Translations under genes and position numbers: made by a program
The notes under the pieces: generated by a model
Told to the model about the DNA's origin: nothing
The model's input: the letters and a program-made list of their open reading frames with translations, nothing else
The model's database searches: none
Source of the DNA: an uncultured Candidatus Saccharibacteria bacterium
GTDB lineage: Bacteria; Patescibacteriota; Minisyncoccia; Phycocordibacterales; UBA12079
Length of the DNA: 64,000 nt
Reading direction: 5' to 3'
Assembly (NCBI GenBank): GCA_964459145.1
Contig: CAYWKC010000001.1
Coordinates: forward strand, 40,200 to 104,199
Shown here: one piece after another, positions 1 through 9,400 of the stretch
Position numbering within the stretch: position 1 is the first letter of the stretch
Layout of the letters: every line of letters starts with the position of its first letter

Positions 1-368
1 CAGGAGAAAGAAAAATTGCTGTGTTAGGAGATATGTTAGAATTGGGTAAATATTCAACAGAAGAACATAAAAAATTAGGAAAAATTGTATCTACTAACTG
101 TGATTTTTTGATAGCTGTAGGGGTGAGAGCTAGAGAAATTGCAGAAGGAGCTTTATTAGGGGGGATGAGCGAAAAAAATATTTTACAATTTGAAACTTCT
201 GAAAGAGCAGGTAAATATTTACAAAATTTTATTGAAAAGGGAGACATTCTTCTAATAAAGGGTTCCCAATCTATTCGAACAGAAAAAGTGACAGAAGAAA
301 TCATGCTACACCCTGAAAATAAAGCAGATTTATTAGTACGTCAAGAAACGGAGTGGTTGAAAAGATAA
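1..368 (+). CDS. murF: UDP-N-acetylmuramoyl-tripeptide--D-Ala-D-Ala ligase, C-terminal part (5' end outside window)
   Basis: LGDMLELG...H and LIKGSQS motifs of the MurF C-terminal domain. Confidence 0.88.
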   Translation, partial: GERKIAVLGDMLELGKYSTEEHKKLGKIVSTNCDFLIAVGVRAREIAEGALLGGMSEKNILQFETSERAGKYLQNFIEKGDILLIKGSQSIRTEKVTEEIMLHPENKADLLVRQETEWLKR

Positions 369-376
369 ATACGATT

Positions 377-1249
377 TTAATTTAGGTAGATTTTGCCAAG
401 GGTTTCTTTGATGAAGCCCTTGATTTCCATAGCAGAAAGAATGATGTTAGTTTGACTGGCAGTTAATTGTGATTGTTGGATAAGGTCATTTTTATCTTTG
501 GGTTCTTTTAATAATTCCAAAATTTGTTGTTCTTCTTGAGAGCAGTCAGAAAAATTTATTTTTTTCTGATTTGATTTTTTATCAAAATTAAAACCCAAGG
601 TTTCCAAAAGTTCTTCGCTAGTATTAATGATAGTAGCTCCTTGTCGAATAAGTTTATTAGAACCAATTCCATAACGAGAAAAAATAGAGGCGGGGACTAC
701 ACAAACTTCTCGATTATAATCTAATGCCAAACGAGCCGTAATAAGTGTGCCTGATTTATCGGTGGCTTCTATTATTAAAGTGGCTTTAGATAAACCTGCC
801 ATGATTCTATTACGCTGAGGAAACATCCATGGGCTGGCCATTTCTAATGGATCAAATTCAGAAAGGAGAGTCCCCCCTGATTTTAAAATTTGTTTGGCTA
901 AATTTTCATTTGATTTCGGATAGAGCACCTTATTGTCTAAACCTGACCCGGGAACAGCAATTGTTTTTAGTTGATTAATTAGGGCAGTCTTGTGAGCAAT
1001 TCCATCAATACCTAAAGCTAAGCCAGAAACAATGGTGACATCATAACCTCTTAATCCTGAAATCAGTTTTTCACAGACCTCTTTTCCATATTGAGAATAC
1101 CTTCTAGAACCTACAACAGTGAGAAAAGTAGAACTCCAGTTAGGCTGTTGTCCACGATAGTTTAATTGTTGAGGAGGGTCATTTATTTCTAAAATTGCTT
1201 CTGGCCAGTCTTGTTTTTTTAGTTGTTTAATTTCCATCCTATTAGACAC
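377..1249 (-). CDS. dprA: DNA-protecting protein DprA
   Basis: VVGSR, IVSGLALGIDGIAH, FPQRNRIMAGLS, SGTLITA motifs. Confidence 0.95.
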   Translation of the reverse strand: MSNRMEIKQLKKQDWPEAILEINDPPQQLNYRGQQPNWSSTFLTVVGSRRYSQYGKEVCEKLISGLRGYDVTIVSGLALGIDGIAHKTALINQLKTIAVPGSGLDNKVLYPKSNENLAKQILKSGGTLLSEFDPLEMASPWMFPQRNRIMAGLSKATLIIEATDKSGTLITARLALDYNREVCVVPASIFSRYGIGSNKLIRQGATIINTSEELLETLGFNFDKKSNQKKINFSDCSQEEQQILELLKEPKDKNDLIQQSQLTASQTNIILSAMEIKGFIKETLGKIYLN

Positions 1250-1368
1250 AATAAATTTTAAATAAATTTATTGTGTTTTAATTTAATTTGATAATATTTA
1301 ATCCCTGTTTGATTTATTTTAATTTTTAACAGGACAGGCTTTTTTAATTCTAACATTTTTGTTATTAT

Positions 1369-2697
1369 ATGGGTATTATGTTGGATATAAAATTTATAAG
1401 AGAAAATAAAAATTTAATTCAAGCTGGGGCCAAAAAGAAACATTTTGATTTTGATGTGGAAGATTTGTTAAAGATTGATGACGAAAGAAAAGCTCTTTTG
1501 GCAAAAGTTGAAAGGATGAGGAAAGAACAAAATATTTATACAGAGAAAATTACCAAGAGCTCTAGTGAAGCAGAAAAGTTTAAGTTGATAGAAGAAATGC
1601 AAATATTAAAAATAAAGTTGAAAGCAGATGAGGAGGACTTAAAGGAAATAATGAAAAGGTGGAGGTTGAGTATGTTGCAGGTGCCTAATATTCCAGATAT
1701 GTCTGTTCCAGAAGGGACTTCTGATGAAGAAAATCAAGAGATAAAAACTTGGGGAGAAAAACCAGTTTTTGATTTTGAACCGAAAGACCATGTTGAAATT
1801 ATGAATAATTTAGACATGGTTGATTTTGAAAGAGGAACAAAAGTTCATGGTTTTAGAGGTTATTATTTGAAAGGAGATGGAGCTAAATTATCTTGGGCAA
1901 TTTGGAATTATGCTAATGATTTTTTTAGTGAGAAAGGTTTCCTCCAGATAATTCCACCAACGATTGTCAGAAAGGAAAATCTTTATGGAACAGGTCATCT
2001 TCCTAATGAGGCTGATGATGTTTATTATACTCAGGATGGAGATTATTTAATTGGAACGGCTGAAATTCCTCTAACGGGTTATCACTCTGGAGAAATTTTG
2101 AAAAAAGAGGAATTACCCAAAAAGTATTTAGGGTTCTCGCCTTGTTTTAGAAGAGAGGCGGGGAGTTATGGTAAAGATACCAAAGGGCTTATTCGAGTAC
2201 ATGAATTTTTTAAGATAGAGCAGGTGATTTTATGTGAAGCTAGCCACGAAGAATCAGTTAAATGGCACGAGTGGATAAATCGTAATGCTGAAGAATTCAT
2301 TGAATCTTTAAAAATTCCTTATCACACTGTAATAAATTGTGGGGGGGATTTAGGACAAGGTCAAGTAAAAAAATATGATATTGAACTATGGGTGCCAGGG
2401 GAAAATAAATATCGGGAAATTTCTTCCGCTTCCTATTTTCACGATTTTCAATCTCGTCGGTTTAATATTCGCTATAAGGAAGGAGACACTAATCCTACTG
2501 AAGTCCGACCCGAAGGGAATAGAACGGATGGTCAAAGAGAAAAGACACATTATGTTCACACTCTAAACTCAACAGCCATTCCCACTCCAAGGATTTTAGT
2601 CTCTCTTGTCGAAAATTTTCAACAAGCAGATGGTTCGGTTAGAATTCCAGAAGTTCTTCAGAAGTATCTGGGGAAGGAAGTTATTTCTAAGAGTTAA
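1369..2697 (+). CDS. serS: Serine--tRNA ligase (apparent short insertion near C-terminus)
   Basis: MLDIKFIREN start, LIGTAE, CFRREAG, GLIRVHEF, HTLNST. Confidence 0.97.
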   Translation: MGIMLDIKFIRENKNLIQAGAKKKHFDFDVEDLLKIDDERKALLAKVERMRKEQNIYTEKITKSSSEAEKFKLIEEMQILKIKLKADEEDLKEIMKRWRLSMLQVPNIPDMSVPEGTSDEENQEIKTWGEKPVFDFEPKDHVEIMNNLDMVDFERGTKVHGFRGYYLKGDGAKLSWAIWNYANDFFSEKGFLQIIPPTIVRKENLYGTGHLPNEADDVYYTQDGDYLIGTAEIPLTGYHSGEILKKEELPKKYLGFSPCFRREAGSYGKDTKGLIRVHEFFKIEQVILCEASHEESVKWHEWINRNAEEFIESLKIPYHTVINCGGDLGQGQVKKYDIELWVPGENKYREISSASYFHDFQSRRFNIRYKEGDTNPTEVRPEGNRTDGQREKTHYVHTLNSTAIPTPRILVSLVENFQQADGSVRIPEVLQKYLGKEVISKS

Positions 2698-2701
2698 TTT
2701 T

Positions 2702-2839
2702 TACCCTATTAAATAAATTTATTTTCCAAAATAAATTTAAAATTTGATGGAAAATGTGCTTAAAAATAGGTTAGATAGAAAAAATTATTAATTATAAAAT
2801 TTTTGTTAAATAAATAACCAAATTTTATTTAACAGGGTG
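2702..2839. repeat. Long imperfect inverted repeat (CCCT(G/A)TTAAA...TTTAACAGGG family)
   Basis: accctattaaataaattt at 2703 pairs with aaattttatttaacagggt ending near 2838; related ends at ~1302-1335 and ~38358-38397. Confidence 0.55.
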
Positions 2840-2844
2840 AAATT

Positions 2845-3675
2845 ATGGCCAAGTATATTTCTCAAAGAGCCATACAAAGGCAAAGAAAAAGGTTTGGGAG
2901 AAGAGTAGTATTGTTAATATTAATTTTTTCCTTTTTACTTTTCCTTTTTTCATGGTTGTCTAAGCTAGAAAAATTTAATATTTCTAATATAGACATTAGT
3001 GGAAACTCTATTATTAAAGAAGAAGAAATTTTAGAAATAATAAACAAAAACATTACAGGTAAATATTTATGGTTGTTTTCTAAAAGTAATTTTTTAATTT
3101 ATCCTAAGTCAAAAATTAAAGAAGAGTTGTTAGAATCTTTTATCCAAATAAAAGAATTAAATATTACCTTCGGGGATTTCCAATCAATTGTTGTTGAGGT
3201 TATTGAAAGAAAACCCTATGCTCTTTGGTGTAACGGGATAGAGGAAAACGATTGTTATTTTATGGATAAGATGGCTTATCTTTATGATAAAGCTCCTCTT
3301 TTTTTGAATGATGTTTATTTTAAATATGTGGATGGTTTGTCGAGTGTTTCAACCTCAACTCCTTCTTCTGAGATTTTGCGACAAACTTATTTAGAGCAAA
3401 AGAAGGATGGTTATTTTGATAAAGTAAATTTATTTATTCGTTTATTGAAGGATATTAATATTAACGGTTATAGATTGGTTATCAAAGAAAATAATGATTA
3501 TGAATTATTTTTTAATGATGAAAATAAATTAATTTTTGATGGTAATCAAGATTTAGATGAAATTTTTGAAGATTTGCAAGCAGTACTGGTTGATTTAAAT
3601 GACTTAAAAGATCAGGAATTTGAGTATATTGATTTGAGATTTAAAAATAAAGTTTTATATAAGTTTAGAAATTAA
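2845..3675 (+). CDS. ftsQ: Cell division protein FtsQ/DivIB family
   Basis: N-terminal TM helix, POTRA-like ISGN segment, VIERKP, C-terminal EYIDLRF. Confidence 0.85.
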   Translation: MAKYISQRAIQRQRKRFGRRVVLLILIFSFLLFLFSWLSKLEKFNISNIDISGNSIIKEEEILEIINKNITGKYLWLFSKSNFLIYPKSKIKEELLESFIQIKELNITFGDFQSIVVEVIERKPYALWCNGIEENDCYFMDKMAYLYDKAPLFLNDVYFKYVDGLSSVSTSTPSSEILRQTYLEQKKDGYFDKVNLFIRLLKDININGYRLVIKENNDYELFFNDENKLIFDGNQDLDEIFEDLQAVLVDLNDLKDQEFEYIDLRFKNKVLYKFRN

Positions 3676-3680
3676 AAGAA

Positions 3681-3874
3681 TAAAAGATTTTCAAAAGATA
3701 AAATTTAAGCAGTGAAAAATTTTTTCTTACAGAACACAAAACAATTACTTAAAAATTCCAAACTCCTCCCAGTAGGTCGTCAAACAGTGGAATTTTTTCT
3801 TGGCTAAAGCCAAGAACAGTAATTTTTTTGTTAAAAATTTTAATGCTTAAATTTTATCTTTTGAAAATCTTTTA
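3681..3874. mobile_element. MITE/REP-like element with 31-bp perfect terminal inverted repeat
   Basis: 3681-3711 is the exact reverse complement of 3844-3874; the core recurs inverted at ~23520-23645. Confidence 0.65.
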
Positions 3875-3887
3875 AAACAACATTGTA

Positions 3888-4898
3888 ATGGAAAATTTTT
3901 GGAAAAAATTAAGCAAAAAGAAAAAACCATTTTTTTGTTTGGCGCCGATGGCGGATGTAACCGACAGAGCTTTCCGACAAATTGTGGCTAAATATAGTAG
4001 ATTTATCTTACCCGACGGTAGCCAAGAAGGAGGGCCAGGTGTTTTCTTTACAGAGATGGTGGCCTGTGATGGTCTGTGTTCTCAGGGAAAGGAAAAATTA
4101 TTAGAACTTTTGAAATTTTCAAAAATTGAAAAACCAATTGTGGCGCAGTTATTTGGATCTCATCCAGAAAATTTTTATCAATCAGCTCAATTAGTAAAAA
4201 AATTGGGTTTTGATGGGATAGATATCAATATGGGTTGCCCTCAAAAAAATATTCTGAAACAAGGAGCAGGAGCCGATTTGATTAATCATCCTGAGTTAGC
4301 GAAGGAAATAATTCGTGCGACCAAACGGGGGGCAGGGGACTTACCTGTGTCTGTTAAGACACGGATTGGTTTCAATAAGAATGAGTTGAAAACATGGTTA
4401 CCAGTTTTGTTAGAAGAAAAACCGACCGTTATTACAATTCATGGTCGAACGAAGAAAGAAATGTCAAAAGTTCCAGCTCATTGGGATGTTATAAAAAGGG
4501 GAGTGGAAATGGCTAAAAATTCAGAGGTTCTAATTATTGGTAATGGTGATGTGCAAAATATTGAAGATGGACGACAAAAAGCCCAAGCAAGTGGGGTAGA
4601 TGGAATAATGGTAGGGCGAGCAATTTTAGGCAAACCGTGTTTATTTAATGACTTGGTAGTTGGATTGCCAAGTGAAAAAAAGAGATTAGAAATGTTGAAA
4701 AAACATCTGAAATTATTTGAAAAATTTTATGGAGGGAAAAAGAGAAGTAAGAATTTTGCTTTGATGAAAAAACATATGAAGGCCTATTTGTCTGGTTTTG
4801 AAAAGGCCAAAGAATTAAGAATTAAATTGATGAAATGTGGAAGCGAACAAGAAGCCATAGCAATAATTGATTTACTTAAAACTCCAAGCACTAAGTAA
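3888..4898 (+). CDS. tRNA-dihydrouridine synthase
   Basis: LAPMADVTD, QLFG, DINMGCP, VSVKTRIG, IHGRT, GNGD, MVGRA motifs. Confidence 0.95.
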   Translation: MENFWKKLSKKKKPFFCLAPMADVTDRAFRQIVAKYSRFILPDGSQEGGPGVFFTEMVACDGLCSQGKEKLLELLKFSKIEKPIVAQLFGSHPENFYQSAQLVKKLGFDGIDINMGCPQKNILKQGAGADLINHPELAKEIIRATKRGAGDLPVSVKTRIGFNKNELKTWLPVLLEEKPTVITIHGRTKKEMSKVPAHWDVIKRGVEMAKNSEVLIIGNGDVQNIEDGRQKAQASGVDGIMVGRAILGKPCLFNDLVVGLPSEKKRLEMLKKHLKLFEKFYGGKKRSKNFALMKKHMKAYLSGFEKAKELRIKLMKCGSEQEAIAIIDLLKTPSTK

Positions 4899-4912
4899 AA
4901 AAAATGGAATTA

Positions 4913-4948
4913 AAAACCACTTGGAAGCAAGGCCTCCAAGTGGTTTTT
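4913..4948. terminator. Bidirectional intrinsic terminator between dus and rnpB
   Basis: aaaaccacttggaagc/gcctccaagtggttttt hairpin with A and T tails. Confidence 0.7.
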
Positions 4949-4952
4949 AATG

Positions 4953-5474
4953 TGTTCTTTTATATCTATAAGCCGGATTCTGTTTACCCGACCATCGTAA
5001 AATGGTTTAGGGTTTGATAGCCATTTATCTAGGAAGATTGTTACCAATCTTCTCAAGCGGTACTTCCGGCACCACTTTTTTGAGAAGTTAAACTTCTCAA
5101 AAAAGTGGTGCCGGACACGACCTTGCACTTAGGTAAGGATTTAGCCGTTTCACCCCCTCACCCAGAACAGTGCCAACAAATTAAAATTTGTCAAAAATTA
5201 ACTAAATTTTAATTTACCATTAGGGACTGTTTTTGTGCTATTTTATGTTTGCAAAGCAAACAGCACTGTTCTGGGTGAGGGACTACACCCCCGAAAGGAT
5301 GCCTAAAATTCTTTCGAATTTTAGCGTCTCTGCTCGCACCTCTACAACCACAAAGTTGACGACGGGCGTTACCCGCTACCTTGCTCCGAGCACCAAAATA
5401 GTGCTGGAAGTGTCCGGACTTTCCTCCAAGCCTTATAAAAATAAGGCCCAGTAACTATCCGATATAAAAGAACA
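4953..5474 (-). ncRNA. rnpB: RNase P RNA, enlarged (~520 nt)
   Basis: Minus strand has GAGGAAAGTCCGG (5426-5414), GGTGAAACGGC and ACAGAATCCGGCTTAT; P1 pairs 5461-5474 with 4953-4966. Confidence 0.95.
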
Positions 5475-5707
5475 TTCTTATATTATACTATAAATCTAAT
5501 TTAGATGTAAAGAGTGGACAAACGATCTAAAAAGTGTTATTGCTCCTAATAGCAAGAGGAAAATGTATGTTTATATTCTAATCCCTTTGTCTGATGATGG
5601 GGGGAAAAAGGAGAAATGAGTTCATAAAGGTGAAAGGGTGGGATTGCGGAAGCAATTCCACCTTTTTTTGTTTTATTATCCAATAAAGATATAGTATAAT
5701 ATGCTAT

Positions 5708-6826
5708 ATGTCTCAAAAAAGAAGTTTTGATAAAGTTTTTGCAACGATAGTAATTGTCTTGATTTTGGCTGGCTTTTTTTTGTTTTTATCGGCTTCTCTA
5801 AGTTTATTGGCTAAAGAATCAGGGGCTCAATTTTCTTCAATTTTTTTTAGCCAATTTGTTTTTGGTTTAGGACTAGGTTTAGTTGCTTTATTTATTTTTT
5901 CAAAAATACATTATCGTAATTACAAAAAATACACTTTTTATCTATTCTTAATTTCTTTAGTTGTCTCTTTTTTGGTTTTTGTCCCCAATTTAGGGTTTGA
6001 ATATAATGGGGCTCATCGTTGGCTGTCTATTTTGGGAGTGTCTTTTCAACCAGCTGAACTGCTCAAGTTTAGCTTTGTTTTATATTTTGCCACTTTATTA
6101 TCTTCTTTTAAAGACAAAACTCACCAATGGAAATATCATATTTTGCCTATTTTAATTCTATTGGCAGTGGTCTCTGTTATTTCCTATTTACAACCAGATT
6201 ATGGAACTTTTATGATAATTGCTGTAACTGCTATGGCGATGTTTTTTGCTTCGGGAGTTCGTCTTAAGTATTTTTTTACGACTATTCTTATCGCAGGGGT
6301 CGGAGTAATTCCTATCATTTGTTCTAAACAATATATTTTGCAGAGATTTCTAACTTTTTTTAGTCCGGGGGAAGATGTTTTGGGAGCCGGTTATCAAATT
6401 AAACAATCACTAATTGCTATTGGTTCTGGTGGTTTCTGGGGAAATGGTTTTGGCAAAAGTATCCAAAAATTTGGAAGTTTACCTGAAGCAATTGGAGATT
6501 CAATTTTTTCTGTGACAGCTGAGGAATGGGGCTTTTTGGGAGCATCTTTTTTGGTGATACTTTTCTTCTTGTTTACTTATCGTGGTTTGAAAATTGCTTC
6601 TCGAGCAACAGATTCGTTTGGTGGACTATTAGTAGTGGGACTTGTTATACTAATAGCATCACAATCGTTTGTGAACATGGGTTCAATGTTGGGAATTTTC
6701 CCGATGATTGGAATGCCTCTTTTGTTTGTTAGTAAAGGAGGAACAGCTTTGTTATTTACTTTAGTAGAGGTGGGAATAATTTTGAATATTTCTAAATATC
6801 AAAAAAATAAAAATTATAAATTGTAG
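5708..6826 (+). CDS. ftsW: SEDS peptidoglycan glycosyltransferase FtsW
   Basis: NGAHRW, FQPAELLK, QPDYGT, GYQIKQSLIAIGSGG; lies next to murG. Confidence 0.92.
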   Translation: MSQKRSFDKVFATIVIVLILAGFFLFLSASLSLLAKESGAQFSSIFFSQFVFGLGLGLVALFIFSKIHYRNYKKYTFYLFLISLVVSFLVFVPNLGFEYNGAHRWLSILGVSFQPAELLKFSFVLYFATLLSSFKDKTHQWKYHILPILILLAVVSVISYLQPDYGTFMIIAVTAMAMFFASGVRLKYFFTTILIAGVGVIPIICSKQYILQRFLTFFSPGEDVLGAGYQIKQSLIAIGSGGFWGNGFGKSIQKFGSLPEAIGDSIFSVTAEEWGFLGASFLVILFFLFTYRGLKIASRATDSFGGLLVVGLVILIASQSFVNMGSMLGIFPMIGMPLLFVSKGGTALLFTLVEVGIILNISKYQKNKNYKL

Positions 6827-6933
6827 ATTAAAAATCATGAGAAAAAACCATAACCCATAAAATTCACAGTTGTTTATTTATTTTTTGGACTATAAGTTTT
6901 TTAAAGTTTTAAATAAAGTTTAATTAATTATAT

Positions 6934-8067
6934 ATGAAAATAGTATTAGCAGGGGGGGGAACAGGGGGTCATTTTTATCCCTTGATAGCAGTGGCTGAAA
7001 AAATTAATAAATTGGTGGAAGAGAGGAAACTCTTAAAACCACAGATTTATTACTTATCCAATGCACCTTATGATAAAAAAATGTTATTTGAAAATGACAT
7101 TATTTTTAAAAAGGTGTCAGCGGGGAAATTAAGGCGGTATTTTTCTGTGCTAAATCTTTTCGGTTTGTTTAAAACGGGGTGGGGATTTATAAAATCATTC
7201 TTTTTGGTTTTCAGTATTTTTCCAGATGTTGTTTTTAGCAATGGTGGCAATGCAAGTTTCCCTGTCTTATTAAGTGCCAAAATTTTTAGGATTCCTGTTT
7301 TAATTCATATTTCTGATACAGTGCCTGGAAGAACCAATGCTTGGGCGGCTAAGTTTGCCAAGAAAGTCTCTTTAGGTTTTTCTGAAGCAGAAGAATTCCT
7401 ATCAATAAAAAAAGATAAAATAGCTGTTTTGGGGAATCCAGTCAGAAAAGAGTTAATGAAACCGCTTTCAGAAGGAGCGAGAGAATTTTTGGATTTAAGT
7501 GAGGGTATCCCAGTGATTTTGATTTTAGGGGGGTCAAGCGGTTCTCAAGCTATCAACGAAAGTATTGTTGATGCTTTACCTGAGTTAGTCCAAAAATACC
7601 AAATAATTCACCAGACAGGAAAACAAGGAATCACTGAAGTAGAAAATAGGGCAAGAGTCGTTTTAGAAAATAGTGAATATAAAGAGAGATATAAAGTTTT
7701 TGCTTATCTTAACACCTTGGCTTTGAGAATGTCAGCGGGCATAGCTGATTTAGTTATTTCCAGAGCGGGAGCTGGTTCTATTTCAGAAATAGCTCTTTGG
7801 GGATTACCAAGTATTGTTATTCCGATCCCTGAAGAAGTCAGTAGTGATCAAAGAAAAAATGCTTTTTCTTTTGCTCGAGCTGGGGCAACAGTTGTTATTG
7901 AGCAAGGAAATTTAACTACCCATATTCTCTTATCAGAAATAAAACATTTGATGGAAAATGAGACAAAAAGAAAGGAATTAGGAGAAAATGCTAAAAAGTT
8001 TGCAAAAGCAGATGCAGCTGAAAAAATTGCTCGAGGAATTCTTAATTTAGCTTTGGAACATGAATAA
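6934..8067 (+). CDS. murG: Lipid II GlcNAc transferase MurG
   Basis: GGGTGGHFYP, GNPVR, LGGSSG, SRAGA motifs. Confidence 0.96.
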   Translation: MKIVLAGGGTGGHFYPLIAVAEKINKLVEERKLLKPQIYYLSNAPYDKKMLFENDIIFKKVSAGKLRRYFSVLNLFGLFKTGWGFIKSFFLVFSIFPDVVFSNGGNASFPVLLSAKIFRIPVLIHISDTVPGRTNAWAAKFAKKVSLGFSEAEEFLSIKKDKIAVLGNPVRKELMKPLSEGAREFLDLSEGIPVILILGGSSGSQAINESIVDALPELVQKYQIIHQTGKQGITEVENRARVVLENSEYKERYKVFAYLNTLALRMSAGIADLVISRAGAGSISEIALWGLPSIVIPIPEEVSSDQRKNAFSFARAGATVVIEQGNLTTHILLSEIKHLMENETKRKELGENAKKFAKADAAEKIARGILNLALEHE

Positions 8068-9400
8068 TTCAACAAAAATTATTACAAGATTTCCACCTTC
8101 TCCAACAGGATTTTTCCATATTGGAAGTGCTAGGACAGCTTTGTTTAATTATCTTTTTGCTACACAAAATAAGGGAGAAATGATAGTTCGGATTGAAGAT
8201 ACTGACCAAAGTAGGTCAAAAACAGAATATGAAAAAGATATTTTTGAAAGTTTGGTTTGGTTAGGTTTTAAATTTGATGAAAAGAAAATTCACAAACAGT
8301 CGGAAAAAAAAGAAATTTATAAAAAATACTTGAAAAAAATGATAGCAGAAGGGCGAGCTTTTGAAAGAGAGATTTCTCAAGAGGGAAGTGGAAAAGTGAT
8401 TCGCTTTAAAAATCCCAATAAAGAAATTATTTTTGATGACATTATCAGAGGAGAGATTAAATTTGATACTAGTGAATTGGGAGATTTTATTATTGCTAAA
8501 AGTTTAGAAGAACCACTTTATCACTTGGCAGTGGTAGTAGATGACGCGGAGAGCGGAGTAACCCATATTATCAGAGGAGAAGATGGAATTTCTAATACCC
8601 CACGGCAAATTTTAATTCAGGAAGCTCTTTGTTTTCCTCGGCCAGTTTATGCTCATTTACCCCTTATTTTGGTTTCTGATAAATCAAAAATGTCTAAAAG
8701 ACACGGGGCGGTTTCTTTGAATGAATATAAAGCACGAGGTTATTTACCCGAAGCATTGCTTAATTATTTAGCGTTGATAGGTTGGAATCCAGGGACAGAA
8801 CAAGAAATCTTTTCTCTTGATGAGTTGGTGAAAAAATTTAATTTAGGAAAGGTGCAAAAAGGAGGGGCTATTTTCAACCTAGAAAAATTAAATTGGATAA
8901 ATAGAGAACATCTTAAATTAATGTCTGACGAGAATTTTGGAAAAAGAGTGTTAGAATTTTTGCCAGACGAAATAAAAAAAATGGTTGTTGAAAATAAAGA
9001 AATGTTAATAAAAATTTTACCGGTATTACGAGAGAGAATAGAAAAATTTGGTGATGTTAAGACAATGGCAGAGACAGGGGAGTTAGCCTATTATTTTTCT
9101 CAACCAGAATATGCTGGAGAAAAATTATTATGGAAAGATGAAACTGATTTAATTAATGTTAAAAAACATTTAGAGAAAGTTATTAAGTTGCTTGATGGGG
9201 TTCAAGAATGGACAGCCGAAAATATTAAATTAGCACTTTGGGATTATGCAACGGAACAGGGAAGGGGGGTTGTTTTGTGGCCAATGAGATATGCTCTGTC
9301 AGGTAAGGAAAAATCGCCTGATCCATTTGTTTTAGCTGAAATTTTTGGTCAGCAGGAAACTCTTAGGCGTTTGCAATATGCAATTGGAAAAATTAATTAA
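8060..9400 (+). CDS. gltX: Glutamate--tRNA ligase
   Basis: TRFPPSPTG, HIGS, RIEDTD, KMSKR. Confidence 0.96.
   Translation: MNNSTKIITRFPPSPTGFFHIGSARTALFNYLFATQNKGEMIVRIEDTDQSRSKTEYEKDIFESLVWLGFKFDEKKIHKQSEKKEIYKKYLKKMIAEGRAFEREISQEGSGKVIRFKNPNKEIIFDDIIRGEIKFDTSELGDFIIAKSLEEPLYHLAVVVDDAESGVTHIIRGEDGISNTPRQILIQEALCFPRPVYAHLPLILVSDKSKMSKRHGAVSLNEYKARGYLPEALLNYLALIGWNPGTEQEIFSLDELVKKFNLGKVQKGGAIFNLEKLNWINREHLKLMSDENFGKRVLEFLPDEIKKMVVENKEMLIKILPVLRERIEKFGDVKTMAETGELAYYFSQPEYAGEKLLWKDETDLINVKKHLEKVIKLLDGVQEWTAENIKLALWDYATEQGRGVVLWPMRYALSGKEKSPDPFVLAEIFGQQETLRRLQYAIGKIN

Noticed and set aside
4910-5454. ORFs 4910-5128(-) and 5233-5454(+)
   Set aside because: They overlap the RNase P RNA and are spurious.
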